Positions 56,289 through 64,000 of a DNA stretch of 64,000 bases are shown piece by piece. Location: NCBI GenBank assembly GCA_050287085.1, contig JBNKBE010000011.1:1-64000 (forward strand), in the 5' to 3' direction. Made by a program: the position numbers and the translations under genes. Source of the DNA: Polyangiaceae bacterium. Lineage in GTDB: Bacteria; Myxococcota_A; Polyangia; Polyangiales; Polyangiaceae. A model generated the notes under the pieces. The model was not told the origin of the DNA. It did not search any database and saw nothing but the letters and a program-made list of their open reading frames with translations. Every line of letters starts with the position of its first letter. Position 1 is the first letter of the stretch.

Positions 56289-57359
56289 ATGGGTTCAGAA
56301 CGTCTTGGGGTGGCTGCGGTCGTATTGTTCCTGTCCGCCTCAGCATGCGCTCGGGCGCCGTCGACCCGCGACGCAGGCTCGGACGCCGGCGGGAGCCTGG
56401 ACCGCGACGACGCTTCGACCCGCGACGACGGCGCAGCAAGGCCTCACACCGTCGTCATCGATCCAAGCGAGAAGTCGTGGTTCCTTTCGACGTGGGGCAG
56501 CTCGAGTGACGATCGCTACGCCGCAGGCGGAACCCCCGAGGAGGGACGCATCTACCACTTCGACGGCAAGAGCTGGACGCGGGAAACCCTGCCCACCGAC
56601 ACCCCTCTTGTCAACTGGGTGTTTGGGTTTGGCCCAAGCGATGTTTTCGCCGTGACCAACGCTGGCGGCGTGTTGCATTTCGACGGTGACGCCTGGACCG
56701 CGGACGACACGCCCACCAATGAAGATCTGTGGGGCGTTTGGGGGGCCGCTCGAGATGACCTCTGGGCGGTAGGCGGTAGCGGTAGCCGACAAGCCCAAGC
56801 GACTCTGCTGCACTACGACGGTGAGAATTGGAGTGAAGTGCCGACCGAAATAGACCGCCCGGGAGTTCACGCCTACTTCAAAGTCTGGGGCACCAGCGCG
56901 CGCAACGTGTACGTAGTGGGACAAAACGGCGTGATGCAGCACTTCAATGGGACATCGTGGACGGAGCTAAATGTCGGGGCCTCGGACGATCTGATTGCCC
57001 TTTGGGGCACAGGTCCGAAGAACATCGTAGCGGTCGGCGGCCGCAGTAGCGCGATCGTCAGTCGCTTCGATGGCGACGAGTGGACGACGAAGACCCTGTT
57101 CGCGACTCCTGGTGCCAACGGGATCTGGATGCGCAACAACAGGACTGCTCACCTCGCCTTGACCAAGGGGTACTTAGCACGTTTGGACCTAGAGAGCTTG
57201 GAGGTCGCCCTCGACCCAAGTGACGAGTTTCTGGACTTCCACGCGGTGTTCGGCACTTCCGACGGTGTACTGACAGCCGTCGGCCTGAACGCTGAGGCGT
57301 CACTCACACACAGTTATGAAGGTCTCGTCGTAGAGCGAGACTTGGAGGCGAGCGAATGA
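56289..57359 (+). CDS. Beta-propeller-like repeat lipoprotein
   Basis: ASAC lipobox; about seven (V/L)WG-x4-(D/N)-x-(W/Y/F)AVG...H(F/Y)DG-x2-W repeats. Confidence 0.85.
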   Translation: MGSERLGVAAVVLFLSASACARAPSTRDAGSDAGGSLDRDDASTRDDGAARPHTVVIDPSEKSWFLSTWGSSSDDRYAAGGTPEEGRIYHFDGKSWTRETLPTDTPLVNWVFGFGPSDVFAVTNAGGVLHFDGDAWTADDTPTNEDLWGVWGAARDDLWAVGGSGSRQAQATLLHYDGENWSEVPTEIDRPGVHAYFKVWGTSARNVYVVGQNGVMQHFNGTSWTELNVGASDDLIALWGTGPKNIVAVGGRSSAIVSRFDGDEWTTKTLFATPGANGIWMRNNRTAHLALTKGYLARLDLESLEVALDPSDEFLDFHAVFGTSDGVLTAVGLNAEASLTHSYEGLVVERDLEASE

Positions 57360-59698
57360 CTGCATACAAAGCGCCCTGGGCGCTCATTACCGGCCTGACA
57401 GCGGCGCTTGCCAGCTGCAACTCAAGCGATCTTTCAAATTCAGCGAGTCACGAAGCCGAACTCGCCGAGGACATCTTTGCTCCCCTGGGCGAGCCATTGC
57501 CCTTCGCCACGGACGCACAACGAGACACCTTCCAACGCGGCGCCGACCTGGCCCAGCACCGATTCACGACCGAGGAAGGACTCGGGCCCCAATTCAATGT
57601 TTCATTCTGCGGCGCCTGCCATGAGAAGCCAGTATCGGGCGGCGGCGCAGGCCGATACCGAAACTTCTTGCTCACCGGCGCACGCCTAACCGACGATAGT
57701 TTCGTCCCCACCGGGACCAATGGAGTCGGGCTCCAATTCTCCTTCGACGACCCCATGCGCGTCGCCGACGATCCTGACACCAACCGGCGCGCAACACGCA
57801 ATCCCATCCCCTTTTTCGGAGTCGGCTTGCTCGCCGAATTGGAGAACGAAGATCTCCTCCCAAACGCCGATCCCGAGGATGAAGATGGCGACGGCATCAG
57901 CGGACGCCCCAACTACGATTCCGGCTTCGTCGGGCGCTTCGGTCGCAAAGCACAGACCGTCTCGATCGAAGGGTTCATTCGAGGGCCCCTATTCAATCAC
58001 CTGGGGATCACCTCGAATCCACTCAGCAACGCGCGGCGCAACGACTTGCCCGTACCCAGTGGTTCAGAGGACGTCCGCCGGCGGCTGAGTGGCACCTTCG
58101 CTCAACTGGGCCAGGCGCAGGCAGCGGCCCCGGGTGAACCCATTTTCGACGACGATGGCGTCCACGATCCAGAACTCGGCGCCGACGACCTATTCGACCT
58201 GGTGTCGTTTGCGATGCTGCTCGCAGTGCCGGAGCCCGAGGCTTTGATAGGAGATGCACTGGAAGGCTCCGAACTGTTCCGAGAGATCGGCTGTACCGGC
58301 TGCCACGTTCAAACGTTGACCAGCCGCCGCGGCAAGCTCCCCGTCTACAGCGACCTCTTGCTGCACGACATGGGCGAGGCAATGGCCGATGGAATCGACA
58401 TGCAGGGCGCTCGGGGCAACGAGTTTCGGACTCAACCCCTGTGGGGGGTCGCCGCGGTGGGCCCCTATCTGCACGATGGCCGCGCCGATACGCTCGAAGA
58501 AGCGATCGAGGCGCACGGCGGAGAAGCCGAGGATTCGGCACGCGCGTTTTCGGACTTGACCCGCCGCGAACGCGCGGCGGTCGTCGAGTTTCTGCTCTCG
58601 CTGGGCGGCCGCGATCAGATGACGGCAGGGCTTCTCCCCCCCGACAGCAAGGTCGCAGACGTGGGCGAGCCTGGGGGGCCGCTGCGTCGTCTCTCAGCCG
58701 ACGAGCTCCAGCGCTTCGCGACGGGCCGCGCGGTATTTGATCGCGATTTCTCGTTGGAGGCGGGCCTGGGCCCGCGTTTCAACGGAGACGCTTGCCGCGC
58801 ATGCCACTTTGAACCCTCGCTGGGCGGAGCGGGTCCCCTCGGCGTCAACGTCATACGACAAGGCCGACTGCAGAAGGGACACTTCGCCATGCCCGAAGGC
58901 GGCACGGTGGCGCACCGCCTGCTCACTCAGCGCGACGCGCGTGCTCCCATCGATCCCAAGGCCAAGCTATTCGAACAGCGACAGACGCCCTCGCTCTTTG
59001 GGCTAGGCCTGTTGGAACGAATCCCGGAAGAACAGATCATTGCGCGGGCCGACCCTGATGACGAAGACGGTGACGGTATCAGCGGGCGACCCCACCGCCT
59101 CGCCGACGGACGACTCGGACGCCTGGGATGGAAGGCCAACGTGCCGACGCTCGCGGAGTTTGCCCGCGACGCCTTGTCCACGGAAGTCGGCATCTCCGTG
59201 CCACCGTCGGAGACTGAAACGTTTGGCTACGAGGACGACGAGGACGACGCGGCCGATCCCGAAATCTCTGCCGAAGACCTCGCCGCACTCGTCTTTTTCA
59301 TGGAAAACCTGGCCGTGCCCAAGCCCTCCCGTCGGGGGAAAAAGGAACTCGCCGGGGAGGCACTTTTCGAGAAGCTGCGCTGTTTGCAATGCCATGCAGG
59401 ACCTCTCGAAACTGACGAGGGTATCGAACTGTACGCGTACACGGATTTGTTGCTGCACGACGTGGCTCCCGACGGCTACGTCGGCATTGCCGATGGCGAC
59501 GCTGGCTCACGTGAGTTTCGAACGCCGCCGCTGTGGGGGCTCGTCCATACTGGCCCGTATATGCACGATGGTCACGCCATGACGCTCGAAGCCGCCATCC
59601 TGGCGCACCGTGGTGAAGCTGAAGAGAGCCGCGACGGCTATCGGGTGTTGTCGCCAGCAGAGAAAGCGGAGCTACTGGCTTTTCTCGAGTCGCTATGA
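57356..59698 (+). CDS. Tandem di-heme oxidoreductase (DHOR/DUF1111-type) lipoprotein, four CxxCH
   Basis: LASC lipobox; two copies of GLGPxFN-CxACH...DPxDxDGDGISGR...CxxCH...DLLLHD...EFRTxPLWG...HDG. Confidence 0.9.
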   Translation: MTAYKAPWALITGLTAALASCNSSDLSNSASHEAELAEDIFAPLGEPLPFATDAQRDTFQRGADLAQHRFTTEEGLGPQFNVSFCGACHEKPVSGGGAGRYRNFLLTGARLTDDSFVPTGTNGVGLQFSFDDPMRVADDPDTNRRATRNPIPFFGVGLLAELENEDLLPNADPEDEDGDGISGRPNYDSGFVGRFGRKAQTVSIEGFIRGPLFNHLGITSNPLSNARRNDLPVPSGSEDVRRRLSGTFAQLGQAQAAAPGEPIFDDDGVHDPELGADDLFDLVSFAMLLAVPEPEALIGDALEGSELFREIGCTGCHVQTLTSRRGKLPVYSDLLLHDMGEAMADGIDMQGARGNEFRTQPLWGVAAVGPYLHDGRADTLEEAIEAHGGEAEDSARAFSDLTRRERAAVVEFLLSLGGRDQMTAGLLPPDSKVADVGEPGGPLRRLSADELQRFATGRAVFDRDFSLEAGLGPRFNGDACRACHFEPSLGGAGPLGVNVIRQGRLQKGHFAMPEGGTVAHRLLTQRDARAPIDPKAKLFEQRQTPSLFGLGLLERIPEEQIIARADPDDEDGDGISGRPHRLADGRLGRLGWKANVPTLAEFARDALSTEVGISVPPSETETFGYEDDEDDAADPEISAEDLAALVFFMENLAVPKPSRRGKKELAGEALFEKLRCLQCHAGPLETDEGIELYAYTDLLLHDVAPDGYVGIADGDAGSREFRTPPLWGLVHTGPYMHDGHAMTLEAAILAHRGEAEESRDGYRVLSPAEKAELLAFLESL

Positions 59699-59762
59699 AT
59701 CACGCTCGAACGAGCCCTCGTATCTCCTGAGCCAGCAGCTACCACCCCACAAGCCGCCAACG

Positions 59763-60689
59763 ATGAAATCGCTCCGCAACGCGCTGGGACAAGCCGCCCT
59801 TGCGCTGGTGTTATTGGTCTCGCCCGCGCTCGGGGCTGACGGCGCTTCGAAACGAGCCAGCTCGGCGCTGGTACTCGACGTGGCGCGTGTCGTCGCCGCC
59901 GAGCAGGCCGAGGGCTGGTTCTCAGACGTGCCTGCGCTCGAAAGGACCAGTGCCGCGCTACTGCAATCCGTTTGCCTCAGCGAAGCTGGAGTGCGGACGA
60001 CGGCGCTTGCTCTGCTGCGCCAGCGTGCAAAACACGGTTCGGCGCGGCGTCACTACGCCGCTGTTGGCGAAGAACTGACTGCGAGCGTGCAGACCCTGCT
60101 CACCCGAGAGCGAGAGCTTGCGACGCTCGAGCGGACGCTCCTTCGCCTGTCGGAGTGCCCCTTCTACGCCAAGCCCCGGCGCGACTTCGTTGGACTCCAA
60201 TCGGAGAGCTATAAATGGACTCTGCACCTCGAAGGGGGCGGTCTCGGTGAACTCGCGCGGAGTCAGGGCCAACTGACGATCGGCGGAGGCGCAGCCGGCC
60301 GACTCCTCCTAGGTCGCGGTTTCGAAAGCCACAGCCTCCTCGGCGGACTGGAGGTCACCGGCAGTGTCGCGGTGCCTCCAGCAGCGCAGTCACAATCGGT
60401 GGCCATGGACTACGCCGTGGGTGCGCCGGTAGTGTTGCGATTCCGCGAAGCCCTGTGGCTATACGATATCGAGCTCTCTCCGCTCTTTGCCTTCTCGCCC
60501 GCAAGCTGGCTTCCGCGCTACGGCGGACGCCTCGGACTCGGGGTGGGTATCGCCACGCTCAAGACCCGCGGTCTCTTGCCTTGGGCCGGTGTGTTCCTGA
60601 CAGCGGAGCAACTCCAAGGGCGGGGCGAGGTGCCAACTCGGCAGTCGCTGCGGGGCGGGTTTCGCGTGGGACTCCGCTTTCCCGGATAG
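59763..60689 (+). CDS. Exported protein, helical N-domain plus beta-barrel-like C-domain
   Basis: Signal ending ALG; C-terminal amphipathic strands ending GFRVGLRFPG. Confidence 0.7.
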   Translation: MKSLRNALGQAALALVLLVSPALGADGASKRASSALVLDVARVVAAEQAEGWFSDVPALERTSAALLQSVCLSEAGVRTTALALLRQRAKHGSARRHYAAVGEELTASVQTLLTRERELATLERTLLRLSECPFYAKPRRDFVGLQSESYKWTLHLEGGGLGELARSQGQLTIGGGAAGRLLLGRGFESHSLLGGLEVTGSVAVPPAAQSQSVAMDYAVGAPVVLRFREALWLYDIELSPLFAFSPASWLPRYGGRLGLGVGIATLKTRGLLPWAGVFLTAEQLQGRGEVPTRQSLRGGFRVGLRFPG

Positions 60690-60769
60690 GCTCCTTGGCG
60701 ACGGCCGACGAGAACACGGGCGGGGACAATCCGATTGACACGCTTGCGGCAGCGTGGCTTGACCCAAAT

Positions 60770-61225
60770 ATGACGCTCTCCCACGTGAAGTTCGCGCTTT
60801 ACGGTTTTGCTGCGGGCCTCGTCGTGGCGGCCCTGACCTGGCTTTTTGCCTGGTGGAAGCATCGGGCGCTGCAAGGTGATCTGAAGGTCCTAAGGCGCCA
60901 CCTCCACACGCAGATGGAGATAAGCCAAGAAGGCGCGGAGAACCGTAGAGAGGCCCTCAACGAACTCCGGCGCCAAAACGAAAACCTGCGCGTCACCGTG
61001 AAGGCTCTGTCGCACAAGCCGGGTAGGAAGGAGCTCCGCCAACTCGCCATCTACGATCATGCATTGCACTTGATGCTGGCCCGAGCCCCCGGCTTCTCGA
61101 TGGCCTGGGAGGCTGCCTTGGGCGAAGCGGAACAGCACCACGCGCAAGTGGACGAAGGACTCATCGGCTTTGCTAAGCGGCTGGTGCTCCCCAGTCAGAA
61201 GAAAGACCCCAAGGCCTCACCCTAG
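60770..61225 (+). CDS. Membrane-anchored coiled-coil hypothetical protein
   Basis: ATG 60770, N-terminal TM, ELRRQNENLRVT. Confidence 0.75.
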   Translation: MTLSHVKFALYGFAAGLVVAALTWLFAWWKHRALQGDLKVLRRHLHTQMEISQEGAENRREALNELRRQNENLRVTVKALSHKPGRKELRQLAIYDHALHLMLARAPGFSMAWEAALGEAEQHHAQVDEGLIGFAKRLVLPSQKKDPKASP

Positions 61226-61268
61226 CCCGCCGCCGACAAGACCTGCCGCAGCGCGCCTGTTTGAGGAT

Positions 61269-61745
61269 TCAGCGCGAAGACGGCAGCACGTAGACCCTCA
61301 CCGGTACAACCCCGGCGCGGATCATCTCCAAGTGCTCGGCGGCCCGGCGCGAAAGGTCGATGATGCGCTCCGGACCCGCAAAGGGTCCGCGATCGGTGAT
61401 CGTCACGCACACGGCCCGCGCGGGCACGTCGCTGCGTTGAACCAAGACGCGCGTTCCGAAGGGAAGCGTGCGATGGGCGGCGGTCAAGCGCCCCGGGTCA
61501 TAGACCTCACCGCTAGCAGTCTTGTTCCCAGCTAAGCTATCACCGTAGTAGGTGGCTTTGCCCTCCAACACCTGCTCGGGTGCGAGAGCCATCTCGTACG
61601 AGCCACAGCCGCTCGCTTCCGGCGAGCCAGCAACCTCCGGGGGGGGCGTGGGTTGACAGGCGATGCCCAATGCGAAGCCGCAGCCCCACAGGACGTTGTG
61701 GCGGTTGCGACGAAACCTGCGTGAATCCGGGTTCCTTGGCATCAT
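61269..61745 (-). CDS. rlpA: RlpA-family lytic transglycosylase lipoprotein
   Basis: GIAC, GKATYYG, TASGE, TAAHRTLPFGT, DRGPF, IIDLS. Confidence 0.93.
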   Translation of the reverse strand: MMPRNPDSRRFRRNRHNVLWGCGFALGIACQPTPPPEVAGSPEASGCGSYEMALAPEQVLEGKATYYGDSLAGNKTASGEVYDPGRLTAAHRTLPFGTRVLVQRSDVPARAVCVTITDRGPFAGPERIIDLSRRAAEHLEMIRAGVVPVRVYVLPSSR

Positions 61746-62031
61746 CCACCGGCATACCACGCGTGGGGCTGGCGGAAACGAACACCCGCGGCGGGCCGGA
61801 TGGTGGAACATCTCGCTCTCGGAGGCAGGAAATGACTGGGGTGCTACCTCGTTGATGCCCAGCTGAGTCCACAACAGCCGCAAGCGAGGCGTAATCTTCC
61901 ATTCAAGGCGGGAACGCGGCGAGACGCACGCCAGAAAGCCCCTGCGAAGTAAACTAAAACTTGGCGCGTACGTAGTCATTCCTAGACTTAAGTAGTCTGA
62001 CCGGGCCGAATTGGCACTGAGAACGGAACCC

Positions 62032-62196
62032 ATGAGCAACGTTTACTACTATCAGGAAAACGGCTTCCGAAAGAACGAGACCGCCAGAACCGTTGTATGG
62101 CTGAGCGTGCTCGCCATGTTAGCGGGGCTCGTCTATGGGCAAGTTCATGGCGCGCCGGAAGTCGGCGCTCCGCGCGTAGACTTAGTCGGGCAATAG
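62032..62196 (+). CDS. Putative 54-aa single-TM protein
   Basis: MSNVYYYQENGFRKNETARTVVWLSVLAMLAGLVYG after an AT-richer divergent gap. Confidence 0.5.
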   Translation: MSNVYYYQENGFRKNETARTVVWLSVLAMLAGLVYGQVHGAPEVGAPRVDLVGQ

Positions 62197-62667
62197 CCCA
62201 GCCGGGGTTTAGCTACTATCGCTCCAAAGGGCCCGAGCGTCCCGCCCCAACGCAAGCCCCGATGAGCGCGAGCCCAGAGCCGCGGCACCGTTGGGATGGT
62301 GCATGCCAGCCCCAAGCCCGAACCCCAACCCGAAAGCACCTTGTCGCCGAGGAGCTAGCAAAGCCCGGTGGGAAGCTCAACCTTGGCGGGCGACCTGTCT
62401 TAGCGCCTCGACGAGACTTGCGGTCTGTATTCTTGGGACGCCCTCCTGCCCGAGCTGCTCCGAAAGCCTAGCGCCGTCACGTCGCTGCAGCTGGCTTAGC
62501 GAAGCACCGCGGAGATCCTCACTTGGGCTATGGCTGTGCTCGGGCCCTACCGGCCGCAGCGGCTCCCGGCAGCGCACCATCATGGAGTCGGCGTCGACCT
62601 CTTCCGCTTCAAGCACGAGGGACCCGCTGTGGCCTTCTTAACCTGAGCACTGCGCGAGCTCCCCCGC

Positions 62668-62805
62668 TGCGTCGAGTTCGACCACGTCGTGATCGTGGGC
62701 GCCGACCTCGATAACTCCCCGGACACGGAGGAAGGCCGGCGCCTGATGCACGTGGCGATGGCCCGCGCTGTTCATCAGCTGCGGGTCGCCTGTACTCGCG
62801 GCACA
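62668..62805 (+). pseudogene. UvrD/SF1 helicase C-terminal fragment
   Basis: Manual translation VEFDHVVIVGAD...DTEEGRRLMHVAMARAVHQL matches helicase motifs V-VI; no upstream helicase sequence. Confidence 0.65.
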
Positions 62806-62808
62806 ACT

Positions 62809-63339
62809 CTAGAAGTAGAAACGGACCCCAAGCTGCGCCTCGGCGATATCCAACCCTAGGGCTGGGACCACGTACAGAGCCGGCGCCAGATCCAGAAATA
62901 CTTCAAGGAAGCTCGGCTTCGGAAACGTCAGATCCAAACCAACCGGCATGCGCCCGGCCAGGGCAAAGCCACCGTCGGCTATCCAAACGCGCCCCCCAGC
63001 GCCAATGTGCCAATCCAACTTAGCCCCTCGTCCCTGAACGATATCGTAGATCCAAAGATAGTCGACGTTGACCGTCAAGTTCGAATAGCCGTTGTCGCAG
63101 TAGCCCGGGCGGTTGGGTGCCCCGCCGCACCAGCGACCGCCAAGACCAAAGACCCCCAAGCCGAAGTCGAGAGCCTCATCTCGCTGCAGAAACGCCTTTC
63201 CGACCAGGCTCGTCGGACGGCCAATCGCAAAGCCGAGCCCGAAATCGCGGCCGGCGCCTACCTCCGTCGCATGAGCACGAGAGACGAAGCCCGCCAGCAC
63301 CACAGCGACCACCGCGAAGAAACGAACAAGCTTGAACAT
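62809..63339 (-). CDS. Small outer-membrane beta-barrel-like protein
   Basis: Signal ending AHA, FGLGFAIGRPTSL, GRMPVGL, C-terminal GVRFYF. Confidence 0.8.
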   Translation of the reverse strand: MFKLVRFFAVVAVVLAGFVSRAHATEVGAGRDFGLGFAIGRPTSLVGKAFLQRDEALDFGLGVFGLGGRWCGGAPNRPGYCDNGYSNLTVNVDYLWIYDIVQGRGAKLDWHIGAGGRVWIADGGFALAGRMPVGLDLTFPKPSFLEVFLDLAPALYVVPALGLDIAEAQLGVRFYF

Positions 63340-63511
63340 GGCCTCGTCATATCAATCCCCTTCGGATGTGCCAATCAAAGGGAGGCGCGGCCTTCGGGCC
63401 TATGGCCTCGGCTCGTTCACGCTCGTTTGCGTAGGGGTGTAACGCGCGCCGTCCGCCGCGGACGGCGCGCAGACGGGGCAGCCAACGGGCGGCCGCGGCG
63501 CACGCCCCACA

Positions 63512-63586
63512 GCGTCGCTGTGCGCGGCGTCCCTGTGCGCGGCGTCGCTGTGCGCGGCGTCGCTGTGCGCGGCATCGCTGTGCGCG
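63512..63586. repeat. Intergenic tandem repeat, 5 x 15 bp
   Basis: GCGTCGCTGTGCGCG five times, two copies with one substitution. Confidence 0.92.
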
Positions 63587-63629
63587 GCACACCGCCCCCA
63601 AGGGCACCGTCGCGGCACACCGCCGCGCC

Positions 63630-64000
63630 TCAGGCCAGGGTCTTGCGCAAGACGCGAAGCACGTCGCGCCGACTCACGATACCCACGAGCTGATCGTTGG
63701 AAACCACGGGCAGACGACGGACGCGGGCCGTCATGAAGTGGTGACAAATCGCGTACAGATCGGTTGAAGGCTCGATGGACAACACCTCCGTGCTCATCAA
63801 GTCAACCACCCGCGTTTGGCCAGCGACACCTTCTTGGTGATAGGCGCACGACGCCACCATCTTCATGCAGTCGAGCTCGGACAGAATGCCTAGCACCCGC
63901 CCTCCTTCACCCAGAACCGGCGCACCGCTAACGCGACGCTTATCGAGCAGAGCCATGGCCTCCGTCATCGTCTGTTCAGGTCGAAGAATGAGCAGATCCG
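63630..64000 (-). CDS. CBS-domain protein, 5' end probably outside the window
   Basis: VSGAPV...GILSELD, RRLPVV...LVGIVSRRDVL. Confidence 0.9.
   Translation of the reverse strand, partial: DLLILRPEQTMTEAMALLDKRRVSGAPVLGEGGRVLGILSELDCMKMVASCAYHQEGVAGQTRVVDLMSTEVLSIEPSTDLYAICHHFMTARVRRLPVVSNDQLVGIVSRRDVLRVLRKTLA

Noticed and set aside
62011..62027. Sigma-54 promoter (TTGGCAC)
   Set aside because: No -12 TTGC element at the required spacing
63512..63586. CRISPR array
   Set aside because: Units are contiguous with no spacers and no cas genes; the 48188/48364 pair has only two copies
63007..63693. 228-aa ORF with VAVRG repeats
   Set aside because: Overlaps two real genes antisense; stays open because the repeat unit is a multiple of three
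1..64000. tRNA, rRNA or known riboswitch
   Set aside because: None recognised by eye; a covariance-model scan is needed to exclude them

Overview
GC-rich 64 kb of myxobacterial-type chromosome (Polyangiaceae/Sorangiineae-like, inferred from a MYXO-CTERM-like tail, an FrzS/AglZ-like pseudo-receiver, a GYF_2 protein, a Ser/Thr kinase and many lipoproteins). The first 2.5 kb is accessory: a small signal-peptide protein with a polymorphic-toxin-like C-terminus, a candidate immunity gene, a Xer/RIT-type recombination site, and decayed IS66 and RIT (recombinase-in-trio) remnants. The rest mixes housekeeping genes (pyrE, tal, hisIE, purine nucleoside phosphorylase, infA, pgeF, PBP1A, rlpA, ABC-F, 5'-3' exonuclease) with poorly characterised envelope genes. 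Most notable: (i) a heme-c/beta-barrel fusion followed by a surface-anchored monoheme protein with a similar heme module; (ii) two further small c-type cytochromes and a tandem-duplicated four-CxxCH DHOR/DUF1111-type lipoprotein; (iii) a five-gene CP-ATP-grasp/alpha-E/transglutaminase cluster without its usual peptidase; (iv) two ECF sigma/anti-sigma operons; (v) a TetR gene with a readable operator. No rRNA, tRNA or CRISPR array was recognised. All calls come from reading motifs by eye; no searches were run.
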